Numbered from the stretch's first letter, positions 10,116 through 20,430 are shown. The stretch: 64,000 nucleotides of DNA from Alkalispirochaeta sp. (GCA_965601925.1 OZ271854.1:2912001-2976000); one strand, 5' to 3'. Notes: a model not told the origin generated them from the sequence alone. Numbers and translations are program-made.

Positions 10116-10497
10116 GCTTCTTTTCCTCCTCGGTGTAGTACGCGATCTTTGAGTCGATCTTCTCGAGATACCGACGCATTTCATGCAAGCGCTGGATAAC
10201 GGTATCGCGATGCTCCCGCAAGATACGGATACGATTCTCGATCGATCCGTCGCCTCGTCGTTGATAGTCCATGTACCGTTTCATCATACCGATCGGCATT
10301 CCCGTAGCGCGCAAACACTTTAGAAACTCGATCCAACCGACGTCGTCGTCGGAGTAGCACCGTGTACCGTTGGGCGCCCTGCTGATGGGATTCATCAACC
10401 CGATCTTCTCGTAGTATCTCAGGGTGTGGGCGCTAAGGCCCGTGCGCGCGGCGGTTTCCCGTACACTCCAGCTCGTCCGTTCTCGCTCATCCGTCAT
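10105..10497 (-). CDS. MerR family regulator (NmlR/AdhR-like)
   Basis: GLSAHTLRYYEKIGL, WIEFLKCLRATGMPI; overlaps the AKR start. Confidence 0.9.
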   Translation of the reverse strand: MTDERERTSWSVRETAARTGLSAHTLRYYEKIGLMNPISRAPNGTRCYSDDDVGWIEFLKCLRATGMPIGMMKRYMDYQRRGDGSIENRIRILREHRDTVIQRLHEMRRYLEKIDSKIAYYTEEEKKHET

Positions 10498-10506
10498 GAC
10501 ACCTAT

Positions 10507-10537
10507 AGGCTACAACTTAGAGTGCACTCTAAGTCAA
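10507..10537 (-). promoter_or_regulatory. MerR-type promoter with 19-bp spacer and perfect 20-bp operator palindrome
   Basis: Minus strand TTGACT-19nt-TAGCCT; palindrome ACTTAGAGTGCACTCTAAGT at 10515-10534. Confidence 0.85.
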
Positions 10538-10618
10538 ATACTTTCTCGCCGATCGCGCCTCTTTCGGTTCGAGACAGAGAACGGCGGCGCGATGTATGCT
10601 ATACATGGGGGTAATCAC

Positions 10619-10927
10619 ATGAAACTTGGACGCAACGAACCGTGCCATTGCGGAAGCGGCAAAAAATACAAGCATTGTCACTATGAGGAGGACCGCAAGG
10701 CGGAATCGAAGCGGCTTGCCGACGAGGCTGCGGCCCGAGCTGAGGCGGCAAAGGAAAATGCCGAATCGGCCGACGACGGGACGCAGGGCTCCAAGCACGG
10801 CAAGGGCGGGCACGACGCCGGTTCCGGACATCACATGCGTAACACGGCCAAAGGTGGACGTTCCGGCGTGGCGGGAGGCGGTGCGACGAGCTCACGCGCA
10901 ACGCGCGGTGCACAGCGAGGAGGTTGA
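10619..10927 (+). CDS. SEC-C motif small protein with low-complexity tail
   Basis: LGRNEPCHCGSGKKYKHCH. Confidence 0.8.
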   Translation: MKLGRNEPCHCGSGKKYKHCHYEEDRKAESKRLADEAAARAEAAKENAESADDGTQGSKHGKGGHDAGSGHHMRNTAKGGRSGVAGGGATSSRATRGAQRGG

Positions 10928-10999
10928 ACGGGAGGGGTAGCCCCACGACAACGGCCGCACTCCAACCCGAAGCTTCTCGCGAAGCTGAGTAGTCCGCCT

Positions 11000-11251
11000 C
11001 CCTTCTCTCCCGACAATCCGCCAAGCGAGATCGGGCGCGAGAGTTCCTGCAGGCTGGCGGATGGTCGCGACGTTAGTCGGAAGCCTCCGGTTTCCTACTA
11101 ACGCATGCATCCGACGACCGCGGCTTTTGAACCATCGGATGCGTACCGCAGGTACGAGGAACGCGTCCAGGTCTGCACGAGCGTCCGAGGTCGCCACCCG
11201 ACCGCACTCATAGTTACAACACGCACCCTCGTATAACACGCCTCGTTGCCG
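11000..11251. repeat. Intergenic repeat, copy A (with triple-hairpin insert)
   Basis: Aligns with 12005-12180; 57-bp core 11195-11251 has 2 mismatches to 12124-12180. Confidence 0.85.
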
Positions 11252-11370
11252 AGTATCCTCCGTGTCGACCTTCCGTCCCGGAGACGGCTGTCGTCTCATA
11301 TACCTTGCCTGCAGTGTTATGCGTAGCTCTATTAGTAGTTTTTCATTTATCTTTGCTATACACTAACAAA

Positions 11371-11928
11371 ATGAATAGAAATTTTTTCAAAATATTACGT
11401 AGTGTGACTCTGACGGTACTTTATGCGGGTGCGGTGGTTTCATGCGCAACGATTACGTACTTCGACGAAAGCCCGCCGATAACTAACGCCGACGAGATCT
11501 CGCCCGATCAGGCCTACTTTTACGGTGAGTTCTATCAGGTATCGTCTCGGAGTGAACCGCATTTTATCCTCTTTGAGGAGACGGAGACCGGTGAGCAGCT
11601 CCTCATTCCGTTTCAGGAGTCATTCGGTCAAGTGCTCGTTGCGGTCGCTCCCGGTACTTATAGCACCGATATGGAGGTCTACATAAGACGCCCCATGGCG
11701 CTGTTGTCCATTGGGAAGTACGGCGTTTTCACACTCATGCCGGACCATTTTGAAGAACCGTTCGTAGCGGAGCCCGGAGTCGTGTACTACGTCGGTTCAT
11801 TCAATCCCCAAACCTTCCGATTCAACTTCGAAGGGGCACGGGAGCACTTCGTCGGTCAGTTCGGCACGCCCGAGGGGACAGAGTTTCAGCCGGCATACGG
11901 TTTGCCGACGGATAGCGATATACGGTGA
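11371..11928 (+). CDS. Hypothetical lipoprotein
   Basis: Basic N-terminus, hydrophobic stretch, lipobox VVS-C; AT-rich upstream region. Confidence 0.7.
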   Translation: MNRNFFKILRSVTLTVLYAGAVVSCATITYFDESPPITNADEISPDQAYFYGEFYQVSSRSEPHFILFEETETGEQLLIPFQESFGQVLVAVAPGTYSTDMEVYIRRPMALLSIGKYGVFTLMPDHFEEPFVAEPGVVYYVGSFNPQTFRFNFEGAREHFVGQFGTPEGTEFQPAYGLPTDSDIR

Positions 11929-12004
11929 CGCGTCGGTCAATATCGCAAGTTCCGGTCTCTATATCCGGTTAGAGATTGCCCGTGCGCTTCGCGCCGCCCT
12001 GTCG

Positions 12005-12180
12005 CCCTTCTCCCCCACGATCCACTAAGCGGGATCGGGCGCGAGATATACCGTCGGCTGGCGGGTGGCGGCGACGAGCGCGACCTTCTGACCCGCAGGG
12101 TCCGCACGAGTGATCGGCGACGTCACCCGACCGCACTCAGAGTTACAACACGCACCCTCGTATGACACGCCTCGTTGCCG
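12005..12180. repeat. Intergenic repeat, copy B, upstream of valS
   Basis: Direct repeat of 11000-11251 with the hairpin insert replaced by ~20 nt. Confidence 0.85.
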
Positions 12181-12261
12181 CCGTACCGTCCGATTTGCTA
12201 CTATAGCGCTTCGTCGGGCCGGACGACTCGCGCGGGCCGGCGCAATGTTCAAGGAGTGACA

Positions 12262-14982
12262 ATGCAATCGGTGGAGCTCAGCAAAGTTTTTGACGCCAAG
12301 GATTTCGAAGACCGTATCTACGCGATGTGGAAAGAGGGAGGATACTTTGCCCCCGCAGAGGTCGGCGAGGGAGCTCCCTTCGTCATCGTCATTCCTCCTC
12401 CCAACGTAACCGGTGTCCTCCACATGGGGCACGGGCTCAACAACAGCATGCAGGATATTCTCATCCGCTACTATCGCATGCGGGGTCGTCCCACCTTGTG
12501 GGTCCCCGGAACCGATCACGCCGGTATCGCCACGCAGAACGTGGTCGAGCGCAAGCTCCGCGCCGAGGGCACGAGCCGTGAGGAACTGGGGCGGGAGAAG
12601 TTTCTGGAGCGAACCTGGGAGGTGAAGGACGACCACCACCGGGTCATCACCAAGCAGCTGGAGAAGATCGGCGCCAGCTGCGACTGGTCCCGAGAACGCT
12701 TTACCCTCGACGAAGGGCTGAGTGAGGCGGTGCGAGAGGTCTTTGTCGAGCTCTACGAGCGCGACCTCATCTACCGTGGGGAGTATCTCATAAACTGGTG
12801 TCCCAGTTGCGGCACCGCGCTGTCGGACGATGAGGTTGAGTACGCCGAGAAGCAGGGGCATCTTTGGCATCTCCGGTATCCCGTGGTCGACTCCGCGCAA
12901 CCGGATGCCGCCGAAGGAAGCCTCGGGTGGATCGAGGTGGCGACGACGCGACCGGAGACGATGCTCGGCGACACCGCAGTCGCCGTTCACCCCGAGGACG
13001 AACGGTACGAGAGCCTTATCGGCAAGAGCGTGCGGCTTCCCCTTTCCGGCCGAATCGTTCCCATCGTCGCGGACACTTACGTCGACCGCGAGTTCGGCAG
13101 CGGGGCGGTCAAGATCACGCCGGCGCACGACCCCAACGACTGGGAGATCGGCCTGCGCCACGATTTGGCGCGCATCAATATCCTCACCGCCAAGGCGACG
13201 CTTAACGAGAACGTGCCCGAAGCGTACCGGGGCATGCCGGTCGCCGATGCGCGCACGGCGGTGGTGGCCGACCTCGATAAAGGCGGCTACCTCACGGCGG
13301 TTGAGGATCACGTCCACCAGGTGGGACACTGCTATCGGTGCGGGAGCGTCGTGGAACCGTGGGTGAGTATTCAGTGGTTCGTCCGCATGAAACCGTTGGC
13401 CGAGAAGGCGCTTGCGGCGTGGAAGCGAGGAGAGATCCGCTTCTATCCCAAACGCTGGGAGAACACCTACACCCACTGGCTTGAGAACATTCGCGATTGG
13501 TGCATCAGTCGCCAGCTGTGGTGGGGACACCGCATTCCGGTATGGTACGACGACGAGTCGGGGGAGATGATCGTGAGTCGTACCGATCCCACCGAGGATC
13601 CGGCCTACGCCGGACGCACCTTGCGGCAGGACCCGGACGTCCTGGACACGTGGTTCTCCAGCTGGTTGTGGCCCTTTAGCACCTTGGGGTGGCCGGAGAA
13701 GACCGCCGACCTCGAGCGATTCTACCCCACCACGACGCTGGTGACCGCCTACGACATCATCTTCTTCTGGGTGGCGCGGATGATTATGGCGGGACTCGAG
13801 TTCATGGGCGAGGTGCCGTTTCGCGATGTTTACATCACCGGCTTGGTTCGGGACGCCCAGGGACGCAAAATGTCCAAGAGTCTCGGCAACGGCATCGATC
13901 CCTTGGACATCGTTGACACCTACGGTGCCGACGGCCACAAGTTCACCTTGGCCTACTTGAGCGTCCAGGGTTCCGACGTGCCCATCTCCACCGACAGCTT
14001 TCAGCTGGGAAGCAAGTTCGCCAACAAGATCTGGAACGCCACGCGCTACCTCCTCATGAACCTGGAGGGGCGTGCCTTGATTCCTTTCGGCAAGATTGAG
14101 CTGGGCGACGTCGACCGTTGGATCTTCTTTCGCCTTAACGAGGCGGTGCGCACCATCGAGTCGGCGATGGAGAACTACCGCATGGACGAGGCGTCCCGTG
14201 CCGTATACGAGTTCTTCTGGAACGAGTTTTGCGACTGGTACATCGAGGCGTCGAAGCTCAGCCTCTATTCGGAGGATGGCCGAGAGAAAGACCGCGGTGT
14301 CTCGCTGGTGCTCTACGTTCTGGAGGAGGCGCTCCGCCTGATGCACCCCTTTATGAGTTTCATCTCCGAGGAGATCTGGCAGCGACTGCCGGCGGAACTC
14401 GCGCCGGCCGACGGTTCGCCCCGGCCCGACGCCCTCATCGTCGGGCGCTATCCCCGCACTCACGAGGAACGAGGCGATGCGGCGGCCCTCGCGGCATCTA
14501 CCGGATTTGCAGCACTCCAGGAGCTCGTCCGGGGCGTGCGTACCATGCGCAGCGAGTTCACCATTCCCCCCACGAAGACCTTCGCCGCCTACGTCAACGT
14601 CTCGGAGGCGCGCGCCGAGTTGGTCGATTTTTTCACCCGGAACGGCGATCTCGTCGCAATGCTCGCATCGCTCTCGGGCGTAGAGGTCGGTACCGACGGG
14701 AGTCGGCGTGCCGCCTCGATCGCCGTAGTGGGCAGCGGCTTCGAGGCGTACCTCTACATCCGCGACCTCATCGATGTAGAAGCGCAGATCGCGCGGCTCG
14801 ACAAGAAGATCGCCAAGATGGAGAAGGGGCTCTCACAAGTCGAGCGCAAGCTCGCGAGCGAAGGCTTTGTGAGCAAAGCCAAGCCGGAAGTGGTGGAGGC
14901 GGAACGCGCCAAGGCGACCGATCTCGGCGATCAGTTGGAGCGCACGCGGGCCGTGCGGACAGAGTTGGCCGAGGGCGCATAA
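12262..14982 (+). CDS. valS: Valine--tRNA ligase
   Basis: PPPNVTGVLHMGH, DWCISRQLWWGHRIP, KMSKS, C-terminal coiled coil; AAGGAG RBS. Confidence 0.97.
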   Translation: MQSVELSKVFDAKDFEDRIYAMWKEGGYFAPAEVGEGAPFVIVIPPPNVTGVLHMGHGLNNSMQDILIRYYRMRGRPTLWVPGTDHAGIATQNVVERKLRAEGTSREELGREKFLERTWEVKDDHHRVITKQLEKIGASCDWSRERFTLDEGLSEAVREVFVELYERDLIYRGEYLINWCPSCGTALSDDEVEYAEKQGHLWHLRYPVVDSAQPDAAEGSLGWIEVATTRPETMLGDTAVAVHPEDERYESLIGKSVRLPLSGRIVPIVADTYVDREFGSGAVKITPAHDPNDWEIGLRHDLARINILTAKATLNENVPEAYRGMPVADARTAVVADLDKGGYLTAVEDHVHQVGHCYRCGSVVEPWVSIQWFVRMKPLAEKALAAWKRGEIRFYPKRWENTYTHWLENIRDWCISRQLWWGHRIPVWYDDESGEMIVSRTDPTEDPAYAGRTLRQDPDVLDTWFSSWLWPFSTLGWPEKTADLERFYPTTTLVTAYDIIFFWVARMIMAGLEFMGEVPFRDVYITGLVRDAQGRKMSKSLGNGIDPLDIVDTYGADGHKFTLAYLSVQGSDVPISTDSFQLGSKFANKIWNATRYLLMNLEGRALIPFGKIELGDVDRWIFFRLNEAVRTIESAMENYRMDEASRAVYEFFWNEFCDWYIEASKLSLYSEDGREKDRGVSLVLYVLEEALRLMHPFMSFISEEIWQRLPAELAPADGSPRPDALIVGRYPRTHEERGDAAALAASTGFAALQELVRGVRTMRSEFTIPPTKTFAAYVNVSEARAELVDFFTRNGDLVAMLASLSGVEVGTDGSRRAASIAVVGSGFEAYLYIRDLIDVEAQIARLDKKIAKMEKGLSQVERKLASEGFVSKAKPEVVEAERAKATDLGDQLERTRAVRTELAEGA

Positions 14983-15099
14983 CGGCGGGCGTGGGATTGC
15001 ACACGTCGGGCGCGGTCGCTGTCCTCGACGACGATACGGCCGAGGAGTATCGCAGCCGGCGGGCGACGTTCGCCCGTTATCGCCCCCCCGACCAACCGA

Positions 15100-15774
15100 T
15101 CACGGAATGCGAACGGTTAGTCCGGGGAGTAGGATCACATCCCAGGAACCCCCACGTTCCAAGTTGAAATCGGCATCGCGGAACGGCGCGAAATCGACGC
15201 CGCCCTGCAAGCCGAAGAAGAATCCGAAGTGTCGCCCGTCCCACACATAGAGCCTATACCGGAGATCGACACCGATTCCGCCGCCGAGGTTTGCCGTCAG
15301 AGCCTCATTCGGGATGCGGCCTTCGGTATCGTTTTGGATGGCGGCGATGCGGCCACCGACACCGAAGAACATGCTCAAGCGTCTTCTCAGCTCGAGTTGA
15401 TATCCCAATCCGGCCGTGTAGGATCTGAATCTCAGCGAGTCGAGTGCATAAAACTCAAAGTCACCATCTCGGCTGCGATCATCTATGTCGATTCGGCGGC
15501 CGCCGTACTCAAAGTATCCCACCCATGTGCGGCCGATCGTAAGCATCGCGAGTCCTCTGGCGGTTGCCGCTTCGATGAACTCTCGCTCGCCGGTGGGCCC
15601 GGTGTAGCGGTGGGAAACATCACCAAAACCTATCGCGCCGTCAAGGCGAATGACCGCGCGGGAATCCGTTTCGGATTGAGGCCATGCGCCGGGTGTGCCG
15701 ACGACGAGGAACAGTACCGCCCAGCCGTAACGAGCGACTCGGCCGGACGCGCACCGTTTTGCGGGACGGTTCAT
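15100..15774 (-). CDS. Exported protein, probable small outer-membrane beta-barrel
   Basis: Signal-like segment, alternating Gly/aromatic strands; ATGA overlap with the upstream gene. Confidence 0.55.
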   Translation of the reverse strand: MNRPAKRCASGRVARYGWAVLFLVVGTPGAWPQSETDSRAVIRLDGAIGFGDVSHRYTGPTGEREFIEAATARGLAMLTIGRTWVGYFEYGGRRIDIDDRSRDGDFEFYALDSLRFRSYTAGLGYQLELRRRLSMFFGVGGRIAAIQNDTEGRIPNEALTANLGGGIGVDLRYRLYVWDGRHFGFFFGLQGGVDFAPFRDADFNLERGGSWDVILLPGLTVRIP

Positions 15775-16376
15775 TCTATAACTCGTATTGTCGCATCCCC
15801 GGTGAACACGACGCGCCGATCCGCCGCCCAACGATCCGTAGTTGTGAACACTCCGCAATCCACGACTCCGTCCTTGCTTGAGAAGAAGATCCGCTGATCC
15901 GCGGAGAGCGTCGGCGATCCGCCGGCTATGTCGGTCAGAGCGGGACCTTGATCGATCCATATGGCAATCGTGCCTAGGCCGCTCCCGTACCAGTCGGGAT
16001 CGTGCGCTTCGATATCGACGGATGAGGACGGGAGATCGAATTGCCGTGTCGCGCCGGGCCATAGGTCCGCAATCGAGGTGCCGTCGACGCGCCAGACCTC
16101 ACCATCGAGCGCGCTCGCGCTCGGCTCGCCGTAGAACCGTTCGCGGTCACCCAGTTGGTCGGGGTCGCGCGTGCCGCTGTCGACGGCGATTGCCAACACG
16201 CCTCCCGCCGGGGTGTTCTCGACGGTTGGGGCCAGGTAGAGAGCGTCTCGAATCGGCCAGACTTGCCAGCCGATCTCGTCCTCCGGACGGGCGCGGGGAC
16301 AGCCGCATCCGATGAGAACAAGACTTGTCATGGAGAGCGCACCGAGTCGGACGAGCCGGTACATACCGCTGGACAT
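15771..16376 (-). CDS. Hypothetical lipoprotein
   Basis: Lipobox-like LVLIG-C after a hydrophobic leader. Confidence 0.55.
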   Translation of the reverse strand: MSSGMYRLVRLGALSMTSLVLIGCGCPRARPEDEIGWQVWPIRDALYLAPTVENTPAGGVLAIAVDSGTRDPDQLGDRERFYGEPSASALDGEVWRVDGTSIADLWPGATRQFDLPSSSVDIEAHDPDWYGSGLGTIAIWIDQGPALTDIAGGSPTLSADQRIFFSSKDGVVDCGVFTTTDRWAADRRVVFTGDATIRVIE

Positions 16377-16407
16377 AACGACATAGTTATCACAAATAGT
16401 TCGATCT

Positions 16408-17196
16408 TTAAAGGCGTCGTTCCGCGACTATCGGCGCATTGAGAGTAGGCTCTGCGGTGCGTACGAGAGAGACGCGATTCAGCTCCTCGTGATATCGACG
16501 CCAATCCGGTAGAAGCTCATCCATCAACCGATAGAATCGTGCATTGTGGCTGCGCTCCAAGAGGTGCACGATCTCGTGAACGAGGACGTATTCGAGACAC
16601 GGAACGGGGCGTTTCGCCAACTCAAGGTTGAGCCAAATACGCTGCTCGCCGACGTTGCACGTGCCCCAGCGCGTCTTCATCCGCTTGATGCGGACCTCGG
16701 CGACGGTCACCCCCGCCCGACGTTCCCACGTGGCGACCATGTCCGGTAGTATCGTGCGGAGCCGCCCTCGATACCACTCGTTGAGTATCGCCTCGCGCTT
16801 GTCCCGATCGGTCCCGGGCCGTATGCAAAGCTCCAACACGTCATCGTCTCGTAGCCGAATCTCAGGCGTCGCCGCCCGCTCGACCACTGCCAGCGTGTAG
16901 GCGCGCCCCCCTACGTAGTGGCGTTCGCCGTCGAGGAGAGAGTGTCGCTCTTGATATGTGAGTCCGCGGAGGCGTCGGCGGTGACGACGTATCCACGCGA
17001 TGCGCGAGGAGACGGCACGGCGAATCTCCGTCGTTGTGGTACGCAGCGGCGCCGATACTCGCACGTCGCCGTCGGGCGGATACACGCGTACGTGTACGTG
17101 TTTGATGCGTTTGCGCACGACGCTGACCGAGATGTCGTCAACCACAATGCGGTCGGATCGCGCCGCCCCGGAGTCCGTCGAAAAGAGACACCCCAT
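16408..17196 (-). CDS. YgjP/DUF45 (M48-like) zinc metalloprotease family protein
   Basis: MKTRWGTC, LEYVLVHEIVHLLERSH. Confidence 0.9.
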   Translation of the reverse strand: MGCLFSTDSGAARSDRIVVDDISVSVVRKRIKHVHVRVYPPDGDVRVSAPLRTTTTEIRRAVSSRIAWIRRHRRRLRGLTYQERHSLLDGERHYVGGRAYTLAVVERAATPEIRLRDDDVLELCIRPGTDRDKREAILNEWYRGRLRTILPDMVATWERRAGVTVAEVRIKRMKTRWGTCNVGEQRIWLNLELAKRPVPCLEYVLVHEIVHLLERSHNARFYRLMDELLPDWRRYHEELNRVSLVRTAEPTLNAPIVAERRL

Positions 17197-17282
17197 GCGC
17201 TACCGTGACGCCGTTCGCGCTCGTCGCCCCTCACGGCGAAGGGGGAGGTATTGGGGCGCGCCCTCGGGACGTCGAATCACGC

Positions 17283-18242
17283 TCAACGGTGAGAACGCGC
17301 CTGTACGGCATCCGCGACGAGGCGTCGGACGACATCCTCTCCACTCGTCGGGCGTACGCCGAAACGCGTTTCGAATCGCGTAGAGTTGAAATGATACGGG
17401 CGATCGTACTGGTAGAACATCTCCGATAACTCACGCAGGTCGGCGGAAAACAGTCCCAGCAATCGGAGCGCCCCGCGGGAGAGGGTTGCGGCCTTTCGAT
17501 TTGCCGGGATTTGGACGCCGGCCGCCGTGAGCTCACGGGCGACGAGATCGATCCAGTCGTCGAGACTACGCACGGTAGCATCGGTCGGAAGGTGCCACAC
17601 TTCGCCGAACGCGGCGGGCGTCGTGCCGATCTCTGCGGTGGCGCGCCCCGCGTCGACGACGTCTATGAAGCTATGCTCGACGTCGGTACGTCCGAGCCAC
17701 TGCGGGCGCTTGCCGGCGACGAGGCGCTCCACGACGAGGATACGCAAGACGCTGTTGGCGCCGTTGGCAAAATCGGGGGCGCGGGCAACGGCGATCGGCA
17801 CGCCGCCCTCCTTCGACAACTCGCGCTCGAGGAGGCGCCAGATCCGCTCGCGGACGCGCCCTTTTCGACTGTGCGGCCCGATCGGGCTCTCTTCGGTCAG
17901 GTTGCCGACCGCCGACGGGTTATAGAGATACACGTTATCGAAGAAAACGAGCCGGGCGCCCTCGCCGCGACACGCATCGATCGTCGACTCCATGAACGGC
18001 GTCCACAACCGTTCCCACACCTCGGCGCGGTAGGGAAATCCGACCGTCACGTATACGACCTCGGACCCCGCGACCGCCTCGGCAACCGTCCCCGGATCGC
18101 CTAAATCGGCGGGCACCAACTCCTCGGTGCCGACGACCGGTTTCGGATTGCGGCTCACTAAGCGCACGGATAGTCCCTTTTCGGCCAAGGATCGCGCCGT
18201 CTCAATCCCAATGGATCCGCCGGAACCGAGTATTGTATGCAT
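17283..18242 (-). CDS. NAD-dependent epimerase/dehydratase family protein
   Basis: ILGSGGSIG, LVFFDNVYLY, SRKGRVR. Confidence 0.88.
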   Translation of the reverse strand: MHTILGSGGSIGIETARSLAEKGLSVRLVSRNPKPVVGTEELVPADLGDPGTVAEAVAGSEVVYVTVGFPYRAEVWERLWTPFMESTIDACRGEGARLVFFDNVYLYNPSAVGNLTEESPIGPHSRKGRVRERIWRLLERELSKEGGVPIAVARAPDFANGANSVLRILVVERLVAGKRPQWLGRTDVEHSFIDVVDAGRATAEIGTTPAAFGEVWHLPTDATVRSLDDWIDLVARELTAAGVQIPANRKAATLSRGALRLLGLFSADLRELSEMFYQYDRPYHFNSTRFETRFGVRPTSGEDVVRRLVADAVQARSHR

Positions 18243-18299
18243 GACGCCTCCGTCCTATTCTGATTTCACGGCCCGTGCCGACGGCCGGTTCTCGATCGT

Positions 18300-18938
18300 C
18301 TACTCTATCACGGTCTCCAGTGACGTGTTTGTCTTCCGTCCCCGCCGCCACCAGCGAATCCATATCCCCAAGAGCGCGATATCAACGGCGAATCCGAAAA
18401 TCGTCATCGGTATTCCGTGGTGCGCCGGATCCCAGTAGCTGACCGGCGCCTGTATCCGAAGGGTCCAGTCGAAGGGGAAGAGAATGAGCGGCCCGTCGTG
18501 GTAGTGCGTCGGCACGTCGATCGCGGTATGGAGGAGGGTGCTGATACCGAACCATCGGAGCGCTACCGCCGCTCGTTGAGCTCCCGCTTCAGTGTTTAAT
18601 CGTCGCAGAAGTTCGGCCGCACCGATAAAGAGCAGCGAGATCGCAGGGGCGTGAAAGAGGCTGTGGCCCACGATCCAAAGCGGATCATTGAAGTATAGGA
18701 GATCGTACTCGGGACCGAATCCGAAACCGTAACGCACCCAGTACCAGAGCGTGAGAACAAACAACGGCAGATCCGGGGCGATCGCCCCGACAAGTGCCGC
18801 ATATGTCGCCGTGCGAGACATTCGATACCGACGGTCTCCCGCACCATCGCTCCGGTCCGTTCTATCCCGCCCGGAACGACGCAGCGACCAGGTACGCGCG
18901 ACGGTGGTATTAATCAGCGCATGCGTCCAGGTATTCAC
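18300..18938 (-). CDS. Membrane-bound metal-dependent hydrolase family protein
   Basis: MNTWTH, GAIAPDLP, LFHAP, LHTAIDVPTHYHDG. Confidence 0.75.
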   Translation of the reverse strand: MNTWTHALINTTVARTWSLRRSGRDRTDRSDGAGDRRYRMSRTATYAALVGAIAPDLPLFVLTLWYWVRYGFGFGPEYDLLYFNDPLWIVGHSLFHAPAISLLFIGAAELLRRLNTEAGAQRAAVALRWFGISTLLHTAIDVPTHYHDGPLILFPFDWTLRIQAPVSYWDPAHHGIPMTIFGFAVDIALLGIWIRWWRRGRKTNTSLETVIE

Positions 18939-19100
18939 GTTTCCTAAAATAAGGGTCGAACGCCTCCGGAGACGAGCTCCGATCGCTCATGCGTTCGTCA
19001 ATGCTCTGTTGCGATAGCTTTTTGGACAAAGTGTACCTGGACATCACAGTCCCCAACTCCGAATGTTCTTGTCTCGCTTGTTCCGGGGAAGTTCCATTCT

Positions 19101-20279
19101 TCATGTCCCGGAACCGTTCCGTGCGATTTCCGAGACGATTTCGGTGAATGCGTCGACAAAGCTCAATAGCTCATCATCGGTTATCGTCAACGGTGGGTCG
19201 ACACGGAGAAATCCTCCGCGATTCCCGACGATGAAGCCACGACCAATCAGCTCGGTGTAGATTCGATTCGCGGTCGCGGAGTCTCGGAGGTCGATCGCGA
19301 TCATCAATCCTCGACCGCGGACGTCGAGCACGGTAGAGTGATCCACCGACTCTCGGAGACGACGGAGTAGCTCCGATCCTTTTCGCGCCGCATCGGCAAC
19401 TAGCTGCCGTTTCTCGATGACGTTGATGACTTTCCGTACGATAGAAGCGCCCAGCGGATCATTTTGGTGCGACTGTGAGTAGTGAAACGCGGTATCGCGC
19501 AGCTCTGCGGCCGTGCCGGGGGCAATGACGGCGACGCTGACCGGATAGCCGTTTCCGATGCCTTTGCCCACCGCAATCATGTCCGGTTCGATCCCGTAGT
19601 GCTGATAGCCGAACCACCGGCCGGTCCTTCCGGTCCCGGTAGTGACCTCGTTCGCTATTATCTTACCACCGTTGGCCCGCACCGTATCGACGATACGCGT
19701 GACCAAGGATTCGGGAGGGAATCGCACGTAACCCGATGAGCTTCCGGGTTCGAGGATGAAGTCCGATACGGTGTCCGGAATCGACTCGACAAGCAGATCC
19801 TCCTCCGCCGAGGTGATCTCGGATCCTTCGGGTGCGGCTCCGATCCAGTCCAACGTGCACCAACCGACACGCCGATCGCTTACCGAGCTATATGCCCCGA
19901 GATACGAGTCGCGTAGCGTCAGAGATGTCTCGAATCCCGTTAGGTGCCGCGCGATCTGGCGCGAAATCTCGATGGCCTCGCTGCCGGAGCACAGAAAAAC
20001 GCATTTTCCTCCACGCATATCGACGAGGTCGAGCAATCGTTTTGCCGCCGAGTTCACGATGGGACTCGAGTAGGCGAATCCGGCGTGTACAAGCTCGCCC
20101 CATTGCCGGAATGCAGCTTCACGCACGTCGGAGTTGTTGTGGCCGACGGATGTACACCAGACACCGGACTCGAGATCCAGATAGCGCGTGCCGCGCCCGT
20201 CGACAATATACGCGCCGTCCGAACCGACGATGTCGGGCAGTCTCAACTCGTGTCCGGTACTGTTGTAAACGTGTCGCAT
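19101..20279 (-). CDS. Class III PLP aminotransferase
   Basis: SGSEAIE, NEVTTGTGRTG, PDMIAVGKGIGNG. Confidence 0.9.
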   Translation of the reverse strand: MRHVYNSTGHELRLPDIVGSDGAYIVDGRGTRYLDLESGVWCTSVGHNNSDVREAAFRQWGELVHAGFAYSSPIVNSAAKRLLDLVDMRGGKCVFLCSGSEAIEISRQIARHLTGFETSLTLRDSYLGAYSSVSDRRVGWCTLDWIGAAPEGSEITSAEEDLLVESIPDTVSDFILEPGSSSGYVRFPPESLVTRIVDTVRANGGKIIANEVTTGTGRTGRWFGYQHYGIEPDMIAVGKGIGNGYPVSVAVIAPGTAAELRDTAFHYSQSHQNDPLGASIVRKVINVIEKRQLVADAARKGSELLRRLRESVDHSTVLDVRGRGLMIAIDLRDSATANRIYTELIGRGFIVGNRGGFLRVDPPLTITDDELLSFVDAFTEIVSEIARNGSGT

Positions 20280-20430
20280 ACGTCAAAAGGTATCAGCGCG
20301 TTGCCCTCGTGGGAATCGTTACATACGAGCAAGGCGGCCCATGTAGCGTGAAGCGATCCCACACTGCACCGAATCGTGCCGGTGCGGTACCTCCATTCCG
20401 AGAACTAAACACTCTCACGGATACGCGAAA

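Noticed and set aside
11195..12180. Repeat interpreted as CRISPR or integron attC
   Set aside because: Only two copies ~930 bp apart, no cas or integrase gene, and no clear RYYYAAC...GTTRRRY inverted core
11930..12260. T-box leader before valS
   Set aside because: No T-box (GGTGGtACCGCG) or terminator/antiterminator pair seen
12025..14463. 812-aa antisense ORF (also 616-2301, 2857-4197 and many similar)
   Set aside because: Shadow ORFs opposite well-supported genes in GC-rich DNA, with no family motifs
18910..19104. 64-aa ORF bridging the aminotransferase and hydrolase genes
   Set aside because: No motifs or RBS support; cannot be called
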